NCBI GenBank assembly: GCA_951406725.2
Contig: OX597819.1
Location: 73,036,001-73,100,000 of the forward strand
DNA from: Octopus vulgaris
Lineage: Eukaryota
Direction of reading: 5' to 3'
Length of the DNA: 64,000 nucleotides
This document shows, piece by piece, positions 26,209 through 39,182 of this stretch; within the stretch, counting starts at the first letter, position 1; every line of letters begins with the position of its first letter. A program made the position numbers and the translations under genes. The notes beneath the pieces are model-generated. The model worked only from the letters and a program-made list of their open reading frames with translations. It searched no databases and was not told the origin of the DNA.

Positions 26209-27558
26209 TTAACCTTTTGGTGGCATTGTCAGCTCACAAAAAGCAGGAAATCTCAAGCAATTACTGGGTGTTCAGACAAGTCATGATTTTACTTAGAAGT
26301 AAAATATTTAATCTAGGTTTTTATTTTGTATTTATATTTCAAACACAGTTTTTAAAAAAAAAAACTCTTTGTTGGAATTAAAATATAAATTAAACATTGT
26401 GTTAAGAAAGGGGCAGAAACCTAAAGGAGGCCATGCCAAGATCCGATGTGATGTTGTTGCATTTTCGGTGCAGACATGGTTGTATGGTTTAGAAGTTTGC
26501 TTCTCAAACATGAGATCTAGAGTTCAATCCCACTGTGCAGCACCTTGGGCAAGTCTCCTCAACTATGGCCCCTGACATAGAAAGCCTTGTGAGTGGAGCC
26601 AGGGGACAGAAGCTGAAAGAAGCCTGTACACGTGCATGTCATCATCGTCATTTAACGTCCGCTTTCCATGCTAGCATGGGTTGGGCAGTTTGACTGGAAC
26701 TGGTATGCCAGAGAGATGCACCAGATTTCTGTGTCTGTTTTGGCAGGGTTTTTACGGCTGGATGCCCTTCCTAACACCAACCACTACACAGAGTGGACTG
26801 AGTGCATTTTATGTGTGTGTGTATAGAATCGTTGTCGTTTCAACAACCACTTTTCTATGCTCTCGTGGGTCAGATGTGTGTGTGTTTACGTGTGCCCTTG
26901 TCACGTGATAGTTATAAACGAGTGTCATTTGTTTCCTATCTGGCATAAAAATATGTCTCCATGCAGAGAAAATATTATCTCACACGGAAACAGGTGAGGA
27001 TCTGGCTGTAGAATATCTACCTCTGCAAATTTCAAGCGACCCAAACAAGCATGGAAAAATGGGTGTTAAAAGCAATGTTGATGAAGTCTTCACTCCCATA
27101 ATTTCTTGAAAAATTTAAAATAAGAAAGGGCACTAATTCACACAAAGATGTAAAAAAGGGGCAGATGCTGCATAAGATAAAATAGGAAAATATGGATAAT
27201 TACCATGAGGCACCAAGCTACAAAAAGCTGTGGCTCAGTGAGGCTTGATTGTATTTTTAGTGACAGGGAGATAACTTTGTCTGACTCGAATGTTTAGTCC
27301 AACGACTCCTGTTCCAAACGATCTCGTATAATGCAACTCCCACCATTACCTTCTGTACCTCCTCATGTATAGATGTAATTTGTGTTTAATCCGGACATGG
27401 TATATTATACCTCATTCCTTTCTGTAGGAGAGCATAGGTTCAGAACATCAAAAACTTCTATTTTTTCCTGTGCATCCTGTTTGATAATCCCTCACCTGTC
27501 ACTGTCTTTTGTGTATCATTTTGAACCATATATTTGTATGTATGTATAAGTGTGTGTG

Positions 27559-30422
27559 GAGAAATGGGTAGATAAGGTAATTGAGGTAGTCAGAATACTT
27601 AAGATTAGATTAGTGCTCCATCATGGGTTAGCAACCATTATCTCGGCCTATGCCCCTCAGCCAGGGCTACCTGATGGACAGAAAGACTGATTCTATGACA
27701 CCCTCTTGCAGACTACCGCATTGACAAATGACAGAGACCTTCTCTTTGTGGCTGGTGACTTCAATGGACATGTTGGACAACATGTCGAGGGCTTCCATGG
27801 CATACATGGAGGCTACGGTATTGGCTCTCGCAATGAGGAGGGAACCAGGCTGCTGGAGTTCTGTGATACAAATGGTCTTATGGTTTGCAATACTAACTTC
27901 AGAAAATCTGCTAGCCACCTACCACTCAGGCAGACACACTAGTCAGATTGACTACATCCTCACCAAAAAAAAAAGGAAAGATGGCTGCTTATAAATGCCA
28001 AAACCTTCCCAGGCGAAGAATGTATCCCACAACATAGACTGGTAGTTAGTGACTTCAGGATCAGGGCTAAATGGATGCCCAGAAGATGACCAGCAAGGAG
28101 AAGAAGGATCTAGAGACTTAAAGATCCTGCAAATGAACAGATATTTAGAGACATATTACTCGAAGCCTTTGACAAAATAGAAGGGGATATAGCGTCACAT
28201 GGTATAGAAGACAACTGGAGGTTCCTGCGGGACAACCTGCTAAGGGCCACCAACCAGATCTGTGGATGGTGCAAAGTCCCCTCTCTACCCAAAATAACGT
28301 GGTGGTAGAACAATGTTGTTGACAAGGCTATTAGACAAAAGAAACAGGCTTGGAAGGACTGGGAGAGCAGTGGTAGCAGGGAAGTGTATCAGACTGCCAG
28401 AAGGGAAGCTAGGAGGCAGGTTTATTTAGCCAGAGGGGAAACAGATAAGAAAAAATTTGCCAATGTTCTGTGCCATGAGGACCAAAGACTTGAGGTATTT
28501 CATATTGCAAGACAGTGTGTGAGAGAGAATCGTGATGTAGTAGGAGAGAAATGTGTTCGCATGGATGATGGTTCACTTGTGCTAAATGAGGATGCAAAGA
28601 GAGAGGTTTAGAGACGCCATTATGAAAGGTTGCTGAATAAAGAAAATGAATGGGAGAAAGAGAGTCTGCCGAATGTCGACCCAACAGAGGTACCTTGGTA
28701 GATAAGGCAATTAGAAGTATGAAGACAGGGAAAGCCCCAGGCCGATCTGGAATTACCGCAGAGATGCTCAAAATATCTGGCAGTGTCAGCTATAGCCTAG
28801 TCACCCGTATAGTTAACCAGGTAATACACGAAGGAGTCATACCCAATGACTGGTGTAGCAGTAAGACAGCTGCAGGAGAAATACCTATTTCTTTACAACC
28901 CACAAGGGGCTAAACACAGAGGGGACAAATAAGGACAGACACATGGATTAAGTCGATTACATCGACCCCAGTGTGTAACTGGTACTTATTTAATCGATCC
29001 CAAAAGGATGAAAGGCAAAGTCGACCTCAGTGGAATTTGAACTCAGAACGTTACGGCAGACGAAATACGGCCACGCATTTCGCCCGGCATGCTAATGGTT
29101 CTGCCAGCTCGCCGCCTTCGGGAGAAATAACTAGCCAAAGATAAGCCCCTGTACCTGGCTTTTGTTGACATGGAAAAAGCCTTTGACAGGGTCCCCTGAT
29201 CCCTTATCTGGTGGTCAATGAGGAAACTAGGGATAGATGAATGGTTAGTGAGAGCTGTGCAAGCCATGTACAGGGACACTGTAAGGTGAGGGTTAGCAAC
29301 GAGTACACTGAAGAATTCAGGGTAGAGGTAGGGGTCCACCAAGTTTCAGCCCTCAGCCCCCTCCTATTTATCATAGTCTTCCAGGCAATAACAGAGGAAT
29401 TGAAGACAGGATGCCCCTGGGAGCTCCTCTATGCTGATGATCTTGCTCTAATTGCTGAGTCACTATCAGAACTAGAGAAGTTTCAAGTGTGGAAACAAGG
29501 ATTAGAATCGAAGGGCCTTAGAATCAACCTAGCTAAAACCAAAGTCCTAATAAGTAGGAAGGCAGGCAAACCACAAATCCCTTCAGGCAGATGGCCCTGC
29601 TCAATCTGTAGTAGAGGCATTGGTAGAAACTCTATAAGATGTACCCAGTGTAAGCTATGGACACATAAGAAGACCTGGGACGAAGTGGTAAAGCACAACC
29701 TTCGAACATTAGGCCTCACCAAGGAAATGACTAGTGACCGAGACTTTTGGAAATATGCTATGCTTGAGAAGACCCAGCAAGCCAAATGAGACCATAACCT
29801 GTGGCCTATGCCAGGAGCGTAACCAGCCCACTTATGCGTACCTTTTCCTTCTTTGGTCACTAAACTCTTCTTGCGAAGACCTGTTGAGGCAAGTGAAAAC
29901 AAAATCAAATTCAATGACTAGCATCCGTGCTAGCAGGATGCAAAGAGCACCATACGAGGGTGATCATTGACAAAGCGGCTAACCAGCTTCCGTGCTAGTG
30001 GTACATAAAAGGGCACCATTCGAGTGTGATCGTTACCAGCATCGCCTTACTGGCACTTGTACCTGTGCTTGTAGGGTGCCAAGAGCACCATCCGAACATG
30101 ATCGTTGCCAGAGCAGCCAACTTGCTCTGTGCTGGCACCATTCGAGCGTGATCGTTACCAATGTCGCCTTACTGGCACCTGTGCAGGTGGCATGTGTAAA
30201 AAGATTCGAGTGAGGTCATTGCCAGTACCGCCTTACTGGCCCCATGCCAGTGGCATGTAAAAAGCACCAACTACACTCTTGGCGTTAAGAAGGGCATCCA
30301 GCTGTAGAAACTCTGCCAGATCAAGATTGGAGCCTGGTGCAGCTGTCTGGTTCGCCAGCCCTCAGTCAAAATCGTCCAACCCATGCTAGCATGGAAAGCA
30401 GACGTTAAACGATGATGATGAT
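27559..30422 (+). mobile_element. RTE LINE with two internal deletions and a SINE insertion
   Basis: AGDFNGHVG, SQIDYIL, KAPG, LLYADDLAL motifs; 3' UTR closely matches the 21254-22501 copy; (GAT)n tail. Confidence 0.93.
28872..29119 (-). mobile_element. Young (CpG-retaining) family-B SINE inside the RTE LINE
   Basis: Reverse complement begins aaggcggcgagctggcagaacc..; near-identical family member at 40494-40697. Confidence 0.85.
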
Positions 30423-32129
30423 ATATATACACACACAATTGTGTTAGAGCTTAGATTGAAATGCAAAGATAACCATTTATTCACCTAAATCAAAATAGCT
30501 CAGCAAGCAGGTCAAAGGTCAGATTAAACATGCACAAACATATTAATAAACCTTAATTGTTTGTTTGAAAGAGTTTTAAAAAAAGCCCTTCTTGCTATGT
30601 GTCTATATATATTTTTTTTTCAATAAAGATTGAGATACTTTTATCTGACGAGGTCAGATTGCAGTTGAAAGACCTGGAGAAATTTAACAGATATTGTTAT
30701 CAGAAATGATAACCCTGTCTTCATTTGCATAAAAGTGCTGCTGCTGCTAATAATAATAATGATGATGATTTCGCATTTTGGCACAAGGCCGGCAATTTCA
30801 GGTGCCTGGCTAAGTCGATTATATTGACTCCAGTGTTCAATTGGTACTTTATTTATCGGCCCCTAAATGAATGAAAGGCAAAGCCAACCATGTCTGTATT
30901 TGAGCTCAAAACATAACCTGAAGACATGCTGCTGAGCATTTTATCCAACATGCTAATAATTGGTCGCCAGCTCACCACCTTCATAATATTAATAATAGTC
31001 CTTTCTTCTGTCGGCACAAGGTCAGAAATTTGGGGTGAAGGGGCTAGTTAATTACATTGACTCCAGTGCATAACTAGTACTTATTTCATCAACCCCCAAA
31101 AGGATGAAAGGCAAAGTAGACATTTGTGAGATTTGAACCCAGAACATATGAAATGTCTCTAAGCATTTTTGCCCAGTATGCTAATGATTCTGCCAGGACA
31201 CCATCTTCATAATAATAATTATGCCTTTTCTTAACTTTTAATGATCAAATTGATTCTCCACGTGTTTGTGTGTAATCCTGCGTCTTACCATTTCAAACCA
31301 GTTTTATATGTTGGCATGAGTATGGTGTAGAGTATGGTGGGTTGCCAGTTATCTTAATCCTGTTTCATCTGGGAAGCCTTACATCCCAACATCTAACTTT
31401 AAACACAGCCAACTTCCACTGTCAGAACAGAAATAGCAACTAAATCTCCCTCAAATCACACCCTTTCTGCCTCTATAGAAGTAAAAAGACAGATAAACCT
31501 AAGTAGGCTTATCGCTTATATTCACAAGATACTGAATAAAGAAGAGACTTATGTCTTATGCTAACAGCTGTTTCAAGAGAATCACGACTTGTGCTGTAAC
31601 TATGTTTATACATAATAAAAAGCCATGATGTCCTGAAGTAAGACAAGTTCTAAGAATTCCATTGGGTGAAGCCAGCTCACCCTCATCCAAAGTATATGGC
31701 TAAAGATGCATTTCATTGCAGTGTTTACAAATATAAAAAAAAAAACAACATTCGAGCGTGGTCGTTGCCAGTGCCACCGGACTGGCTCCAGTGCAGGTAG
31801 CATGTAAAAAACCTTTTGAGCATGGTCATTGCCAGAACTGCCTGACTGGCTCTCATACTGGTGGCATGCAAAAGCACCCACTACACTCTCAAAGTGGTTT
31901 GTGTTAGGAAGCGCATCCAGCTGTAGAAACTTTGCCAGATCAGATTGAGCCTGGTGTAGCCTTCTGACTCACCAGTCAAATCATCCAATTCATGCCAGCA
32001 TGGAATGCGGACATTAAACGACAACGATAGAGTAGTGGTGGTGGTGGTGGTAGTAAGGACAAAAGTAGAGGGGAAAGAAGGGAATCCTTAGGAAAGAGGT
32101 AGGATAACTAAAGAGGAATCAGTACTATG

Positions 32130-32603
32130 AAAAGCAGAGAAGAGGAAGATTAGGCATATAAAGGCAGGTGAAAACAAGGTGGTCTACTTTGCAGGGAAGC
32201 AGTAAGTGGTAATGAGAAAAGGTCCTTGTAGAACTTGTGCTGTTACATGAAAATTACTTTAGAGAAGTGAATTAATGGGAAGAGCTTGTTCTGGTGTAAT
32301 ATATCAACTCTCAGCAACACAAGCTATGTAGGGAGTTCCACTATAAACTGGGAATCAGGATAGATTATAGAGTGGTTTGTGGTGGACAGCCCTACATTGT
32401 AAATAGGTAAGCTTGTAGATTGTGTTGCTGTGAGTTGCTATATTACACCACAACAAGCTCTTCCCCTAATTCGTTTCTCTGACATAATTTTCATAGGTTC
32501 TACAAGGGCCTTTTCTCATTACCTAAAATCTTCCCTGCAAGACAAACTGCCATGTTTTCACTTGCCCTTATAATATACCTAATCTTCCTTTTCTCTGGTT
32601 TTC
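32130..32603. repeat. Old, diverged ~190-bp inverted repeat
   Basis: ~32130-32325 versus ~32416-32603, e.g. ggtaatgagaaaaggtccttgtagaac / gttctacaagggccttttctcattacc and gggaagagcttgtt / aacaagctcttccc. Confidence 0.85.
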
Positions 32604-32883
32604 ATCAACCTTGGGAAGTTGGATTTTAAGTATCTGACCAGTCTGACCAATTCAGTTCTTATCTATCCTACACTTATGTCAGTCAGCTCTCCAATAATTT
32701 TAGACACACACACAGAAGAGGAAAGAAGGATGGATGGATGGGTGTTCATGTACTGTTGTTTTGCATTGACTGTAGGAAGGTTTATTTTTTTATCTCAAAT
32801 CTATGTTTGATATTATTTATATTAAAAAGGTGACTGTTTAATTTAAAATTAACACACACACACGTGTAATTTTTCTTTTTCAG

Positions 32884-32918
32884 ATGATGAAAAGAAAGAA
32901 GACATGGAGACTAATTAA
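32884..32918 (+). CDS. THOC7: THOC7 terminal coding exon
   Basis: ttttctttttcAG acceptor, phase 1; encodes DDEKKEDMETN*, an acidic ..MET.. tail like other THOC7 proteins. Confidence 0.88.
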
Positions 32919-32980
32919 TTCTTTAAAGATGTCCTGTTACTTGTTCAAGCCTTTTTTTTTTATGTCTGTTTTTATATTGA

Positions 32981-32993
32981 AATAAACATTAAA
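32981..32993 (+). terminator. Polyadenylation signals of THOC7 (AATAAA and ATTAAA)
   Basis: 62 nt after the stop codon, with upstream U-rich and downstream U/GU-rich sequence. Confidence 0.7.
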
Positions 32994-33189
32994 TGAAATT
33001 TTTATTATACATTCTACTTTGTTGCATTGAAATGTCTGATCAGGCACCAGAATATAAAACTGTTAATGACTTACAGTTGTGGTAGTTTTAGTGTTTATTC
33101 CCTCCAGGTTAGAATTTTCCACATTACAGCACCCAACTGGTGTAACAGATCTACAGGGCATTCCGACTAAATTTGGCAAAACAAAACAC

Positions 33190-33850
33190 AATATCCCATC
33201 CAAAAATAAAACTAGAGTACGGCTAGAAGAGAACGATTTACTCAAAGTAGCTGCTCACAGCTTACACCATGGCCTCAAGATGGCTCTGGAATGTGGTGCA
33301 TGCATTCTTCATTGTGTCCCTGGGAAGATCTTCAAAGCCCTCCTTGATCTTGGCCACCAGCTTAGCGATTAGTGTCTTTCTCAACTGCACCCCACATACG
33401 GGATTACGATCGGGGGGGGGGGGGGGGTAGCCAGAAATTGGGTCTGGTGAAGTTGTAGAAATTCTCCATCACTTCTGACTTTTTTCTGGAGGTATGGCAA
33501 GGAACCAAACCTTGCTACCACATATATGGACTTCCAGCAGCAACCCTCTCCAACCAGGGTTTGACCAGTGTCCAGCAGCTTCACGTAGCCATCTGAACTG
33601 AGCCTAAGGCCTTGCTCAAAAATCTTGAGGTAGCATGTCATCCTTCACTGGAGACACACCCAAAGACCATCACAGTCTGGGGGGACTTGGTCTTCATAAT
33701 TTCTATGTCGTGTTTTACAGTCTTTGCAGTATTCACAGACCATTGAGCAACAGCCATAATATCAGCATTTTGACACCCTGCATGAATTATCATGATACAA
33801 ATAACTCTTGTCCAATATTCAGATGGCTTCCAGTCCACCATGTCAACTAA
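33190..33850 (-). mobile_element. Tc1/mariner (maT-like) transposase remnant
   Basis: TKSPQTVMVFGCVSSEG and GLRLSSDGYVKLL; homologous to 62015-62866. Confidence 0.75.
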
Positions 33851-35207
33851 CTTTTTTCATTTACAACTTTAATCTTAATGCTTTCCAACACTGTTGACTC
33901 TTCCTGAAAAATAAGGAGACATTAAGAAAAAAAGATTAAATTTAGCCCAAACACCTTTCACCAAAAGTGGAAATGAAAGATTATAGAACTGGTGCTTTAT
34001 GCTTTAAGTTCACAGCATTTTCTATCATATTCAAGTATTAATGATAAACTCCTGTGGTATAAAAAAAATTTGTCCTGCTATTGAAAAGGGAAAGTGTCTG
34101 TACGATAGTCATGTGACAAATGACAAAGCTGAAGCTAATTTAGAGAGAATGAGAATTGTTAATCAAGACAAAATATGCTAAGAATATATTACACAAGCCA
34201 GAATTAGAAAACAGGTTAGAAGAAAAAACATGACCAGAGAGAATAGACAGGATTTCCTGGAAATTAATCAAAGAATTCTGAAAGAAATGACAGGATATTA
34301 TTAATGAGTAAAGAGATGTTTTATGGCTGACAATGGACCATGGAATGTTCATGTGGTACTGCCAGTATATATGCAAATGCCTAAATACAGAAAAATATTT
34401 ATATAAAATAGGCACAGATGTGGTTGTGTGGTAAGAAGCTTGCTTCCCAATCACATAGTTCTGGGTTCAGTCCTACTGCATGACATCTTAGGCAAGCCTT
34501 GGGTCAACAAAAACCTTGTGAGTGGAACTGGTAGATGGAAACTGAAAGAAACTCATTGTATATATATATATGTGTGTGTGTCTTTGTCCTCCACCACCAC
34601 CTGACAACTAGTGTTGTGTTTATTTCCCCCGTAACTTAGTGGTTCAACAAAAAAACTGAGAGAGTAAGTACCAAGCTTTAAAAATGAGAGCAAGTACTCG
34701 GTATCAATTTATTCAACAAAAAATTTTTCAAGGCACTTATTCCAGCATGGCCCACCGTTTCCTAACTGAATCAAATAAAAGGTAAAGAATGATTTTTTTT
34801 TTTTTTAAATAATTTTGGCTTTTGTCAGTTTTTCCATTCCCCCCGTCTGTTGGCAGCATGGTTTAGATCTCCATTCCACCCCAAACACATACACTGTTGA
34901 CACAACTGGCTAATGCTGATAATTAAATATTCAACAACCACAACGAAGGTTTTCCTTGTTAGCTTAGTAGACGAGGGCAAAGTAGAGTAATATGTGTTGC
35001 CAAGAAGTACAGCACAAAAGTGTTATCTTTTATTTGTTTCAGTCATTAGACTGTGGCCATGCTGGGGCACCACCTTGAAGAATTTTTAGCCAGATGAATC
35101 AATCCTGGTACTTGTTCTTTGGGTCCTTTTGCCAAACCACTCAGTTACAGGAACATAACTGCACCAACACCGGTTGTCAAGTAGTGATAGGGGACAGACA
35201 GACATAA

Positions 35208-35250
<43 letters not shown>

Positions 35251-36135
35251 TACAGATGCTGGGCTTCTTTCAGTTTCCATTTACCAAATCCACTCACAAA
35301 ACTTTGGTTGGCCTGAGGCTATAGTAGAAGATGCTTGCTCAAGGTGTCACACAGTGACTGAACCTGGAACCATGTGGTTGGGAAGCAAACTTCTTACCAC
35401 AAAGCCATGCTTATTAGGGAGGAAATAGTTTTGTGACATGACCAAGTTGCTACAGTAACCCTGTACATTAAAACACAAAGCAAAGTACCTCATAGTAGCC
35501 AAATGAAGTACAAATAGTTCTTCATTTGTTTGTTTTTCATTAAATCAAATTTCTGCTGTGCTGTGTCTCTGTATTTAAGAAAGATCAAACAAAATAAGAC
35601 ATTAAATCTCAAGATTCTACCATTTTTTGGTCAACTCACTGCGACTTTTTATTTTAAATAATTATTTTAAAAAAAGGGTAGGCAACTATTCAACTGGACA
35701 AAAACGTAAGTGTTGCTGTCCAGCAAAAGAATTAGAATTAATATAAATTAAACAAAATAAATATAATTTTGTTTTTTATTTAAGTGGAATAATTAGACAG
35801 TGAGATGAAAATAGTCCTGTTGAATTTGTTTTTTGATCAGAACTGAATTAGAAAAGTCCTATCACAGTTTGACATGCAAAAAGGTCAAGGTTTGGGTTTT
35901 TCTTTTCTTTGAGGCTTTGACTTTTAGCAAATGGATTATTTATTGAAATTATTGTTCAAGAGTAGGATCCCAAATATTGTGCCAAAAAAAAAAAATTTTT
36001 TTTTTTTTCCATTTTCATGGAAAAAGTCTTTAATTTTTTTTATTTTTTAATTTAATTTGCTTGACAATAACACTGCAAGATATTCTTTTTTATGTTATCC
36101 AAGCATTTTGGGGTCAGTTAATTTGTAATAAACAT

Positions 36136-37950
36136 TTAAACTGGCATGCTTAAAGAAGTGTCAGCCCTATATCCGTCGCAATAGCTTGTAGCTTCTTCAG
36201 TGTGGGTTCTCAGATGTTTCTTTAAATCCCCAGACTGTATAAAAGCTCTATCACACGCATTACACTTATACGGTCGGTATTTCGTATGACTTCTCATATG
36301 GACGGTTAAAGAGCTAGATTCAGAAAATGTCTTCAAGCAAAATTTGCAGTTGTAAGGTTTTTCCCCTGTATGAATTCTCATATGTTTTTTCAAGTCGCTC
36401 GACTGTACAAATGCCTTGGGGCACAGGCTACATTTGTAAGGTCTTTCCCCAGTATGGCTTCGCTGGTGGATCTTCAATGAACCAGACTCAGTAAAAGCTT
36501 TTTGGCAAATCTCACATTTATAGGGGCGGTCGCCAGTGTGATATCTCATATGCTTGTTCAAGTCGCTGGGACGCATATAGACTTTATCACAAAAATCACA
36601 GTTATACGGTTTACCTCCAAGATGGGTCTTTGTATGAACAGCAAGATTAGACAGTTGTGAAAACGTTTTTTCACAGTATTCACAGGAATATGGTTGAGTG
36701 TAATCAGAATTAACAGAGTTGCAAGCAACTTCTTGGTGATACACAATATGTGCAGACAGATCGTTTTCTGTAGGGAACTTCTCATCACACATCTTACACG
36801 AATAGATTCGTGTCTCTGACTCGTTAAACTGAGGCAAACCTGTGGTTTCTGTTAAAGAAGTCCTTGAAATAATCTTAGCGTGTTCAATATAAGAAGACTC
36901 ATTGACTGGCATTGAATTTTGCACCTGTTGCAAACCTAAATATTCGTTGAGTGTATATTGGTCATTAATTCTGTGTGTCTTTTTGTGCTTGTTAAGATCA
37001 CTTGATTGAATAAAAGCCCTTGTACAGATAGGACACACATAAGGCCTCTCACCAGTATGACGGCGTAAATGTACATTTAATGTTCCAGATTCAGTAAACT
37101 TTCTATCACAATAACTGCATGCAAATGGTTTCTCTCCTGTATGTGTACGGATGTGTTTTAGGAGATCCCCAGTCCTAAAGAATGTTTTAGGACAGAAGTC
37201 ACATGTAAACGGCTTCTTTTCTATGTGAGTCTTTGTATGCACTGCAAGGTTACCAAGATGAGCAAAGGACTTGTCACAATAACCACATTTGTGTATTCTA
37301 TTTTCACTGTGAGTATGACTGTGTGCATCAAGCTGTGTCAATGTTTTAAACTTTTGGTTGCAGTATATACATTGAAATGTTGGTTCATTTAAATGTAATT
37401 TAGAATGATGCGATAATGAACTGGACTCAGAGAAGTCCCTATCACAGTAGCAGCACTTGTATGGCTTCTCACCTGTATGAATACGAGTGTGCTTCTTCAA
37501 GTCACTCGACTGAATGAAAGCTTTTGTGCAGTATGTACATTTAAATGGCCTGTCTCCGGTATGAGTGCGTGTGTGCACAGTAAGAGTCCCAGATTCTGTA
37601 AATGCTTTGTCACAGAAGGTGCACTTAAAAGGTTTAACCCCTGTATGAGACCGTTCATGTTTAGTCAGGTCCCCTAACTTAAGAAATCCTTTTGAACAGT
37701 AATTGCATCGGTAAGGTCTGCAACTAACATGAAGCAGGTGATGTGATCGCAACTGACTCTTCAGGTTAAACTCTTCGTGACAAAAATCACATCTGATAGT
37801 CTTCTCTAGTTTTTGGTCAGACTCTTTCATTGCACCTTCAGTCTCTTGATTATGCTCAATTTTGGCCCCTACATCACTGGAATCAGCCTCATTTCTGCAA
37901 TGAGGAGTTTTCTTCCTTTTTTTAGATTTCTGAGATTTTTTAGTTGGCAT
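36136..37950 (-). CDS. C2H2 zinc-finger protein, 604 aa, 17 fingers (10+7), single coding exon
   Basis: Uninterrupted ORF from the ATG at 37950; 17 C-x2-C-x12-H-x3-H units with TGE(K/R)P linkers; basic NLS KKSQKSKKRKK; no recognisable KRAB, SCAN, ZAD or BTB domain. Confidence 0.96.
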   Translation of the reverse strand: MPTKKSQKSKKRKKTPHCRNEADSSDVGAKIEHNQETEGAMKESDQKLEKTIRCDFCHEEFNLKSQLRSHHLLHVSCRPYRCNYCSKGFLKLGDLTKHERSHTGVKPFKCTFCDKAFTESGTLTVHTRTHTGDRPFKCTYCTKAFIQSSDLKKHTRIHTGEKPYKCCYCDRDFSESSSLSHHSKLHLNEPTFQCIYCNQKFKTLTQLDAHSHTHSENRIHKCGYCDKSFAHLGNLAVHTKTHIEKKPFTCDFCPKTFFRTGDLLKHIRTHTGEKPFACSYCDRKFTESGTLNVHLRRHTGERPYVCPICTRAFIQSSDLNKHKKTHRINDQYTLNEYLGLQQVQNSMPVNESSYIEHAKIISRTSLTETTGLPQFNESETRIYSCKMCDEKFPTENDLSAHIVYHQEVACNSVNSDYTQPYSCEYCEKTFSQLSNLAVHTKTHLGGKPYNCDFCDKVYMRPSDLNKHMRYHTGDRPYKCEICQKAFTESGSLKIHQRSHTGERPYKCSLCPKAFVQSSDLKKHMRIHTGEKPYNCKFCLKTFSESSSLTVHMRSHTKYRPYKCNACDRAFIQSGDLKKHLRTHTEEATSYCDGYRADTSLSMPV

Positions 37951-38087
37951 CGGTGCAGAGATTTCTAACACAACACACTTGAATACAGCTGCTTCTTTTC
38001 ACAGCCAGTCTTCTTTCTCCCTTCAAAATAAATTAGTTTCAAAAATTAAGTATTGCACATATGAAGAGAAAAATAAAAATTTCAAAC
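37951..38087 (-). other. 5' UTR portion of the ZNF coding exon, with splice acceptor at 38088-38089
   Basis: Minus strand tttctctctttctctacatAG|gtttg; contains a mini-uORF ATG TGC AAT ACT TAA (38060-38046). Confidence 0.7.
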
Positions 38088-39182
38088 CTATGTAGAGAAA
38101 GAGAGAAATAAACAACAAAATTGTTTTGCAAAATAAACAACAAAAACATTTACTTATTAAAGCAAACAAAATGTTGCAAATTTTTTCTTTTTAAATAAAT
38201 CCTTGTGTTGAGCCTCAGTGAAATGCTATAGGGGTCTTAAGGTTGGTTAATGCTACCATCGCTGACAACAATGCCTATTCAATTTCTCTAGGCCTTCTTA
38301 AATGTCGTCTGGCTCAATTTAACTTGTTTGGAGCTGGTGTCACTGAACCAAGGAACCTGTAGTTAATGATGGGAAGGCGAGTCAATTCTGAAAAACCATA
38401 CTGCTGGAAATACTGCCATTCCCAAGTAGATCAGCAGAACCAAAAAAAAAAAAACACAAACTGATATAGAACAGAGATCTGTGGATGGCTGCTAACTCAA
38501 ACAATACCAGTATGAAGAAGAAAACACCCCAAGCCCTTCTCTTGCCAGGTCAACCCTGGACAACCCCACCACCCTCTTCTTACATGTGAATAATCATGTA
38601 CCTCCTCTACAGCTGTTCTGGAACCTTCTCAAATTTTAACTCCTTGTACCCTAGCATAAAATGACCTCTCTCAAGGTCTGTGGTCTTACAAGCTGCATGG
38701 AGACCTCACTAGTGTTTGTGGAACAAAACTAGCACAAGCGCCTAGTGTTTGCTGTAAAGTGTTTGACATTAAGAAGGGTATCCGGCCATAGAAGCCATGC
38801 CAAAATAAGACAATTGGAGCATGACGCAGTCCTTGGGCCCATCAGGTCCTCTCAAACCAGCCAACTCATGCCAGCATGAAACACAGACATTCAATGATGA
38901 ATGGCTGTCTAGTCTCCTAACAGAATTATTTCATCACAGTGACCACAAAGATATCTATTGACAATTGAGGTAGAAATGAATTAAACACAAACCACAGAAA
39001 ATAGTAAAAGATGCAAAATCCTAAAATGTTTCTACAAGCAGTGGTGATGTCAGCAGATTCTATAACTGTGTGTGTCATTGTATACAAGTGATGCAGAGAT
39101 TATTTATTCAGTATAGCTAGGGTAAGTCTAATGAGAGTCTGTTCTCCAAGTGATAAACACAAAAGGAATTGAACTTGAAACT

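Noticed and set aside
37951-37971. GTG start giving a 611-aa ZNF
   Set aside because: Eukaryotic gene; the in-frame ATG at 37950 is the plausible start
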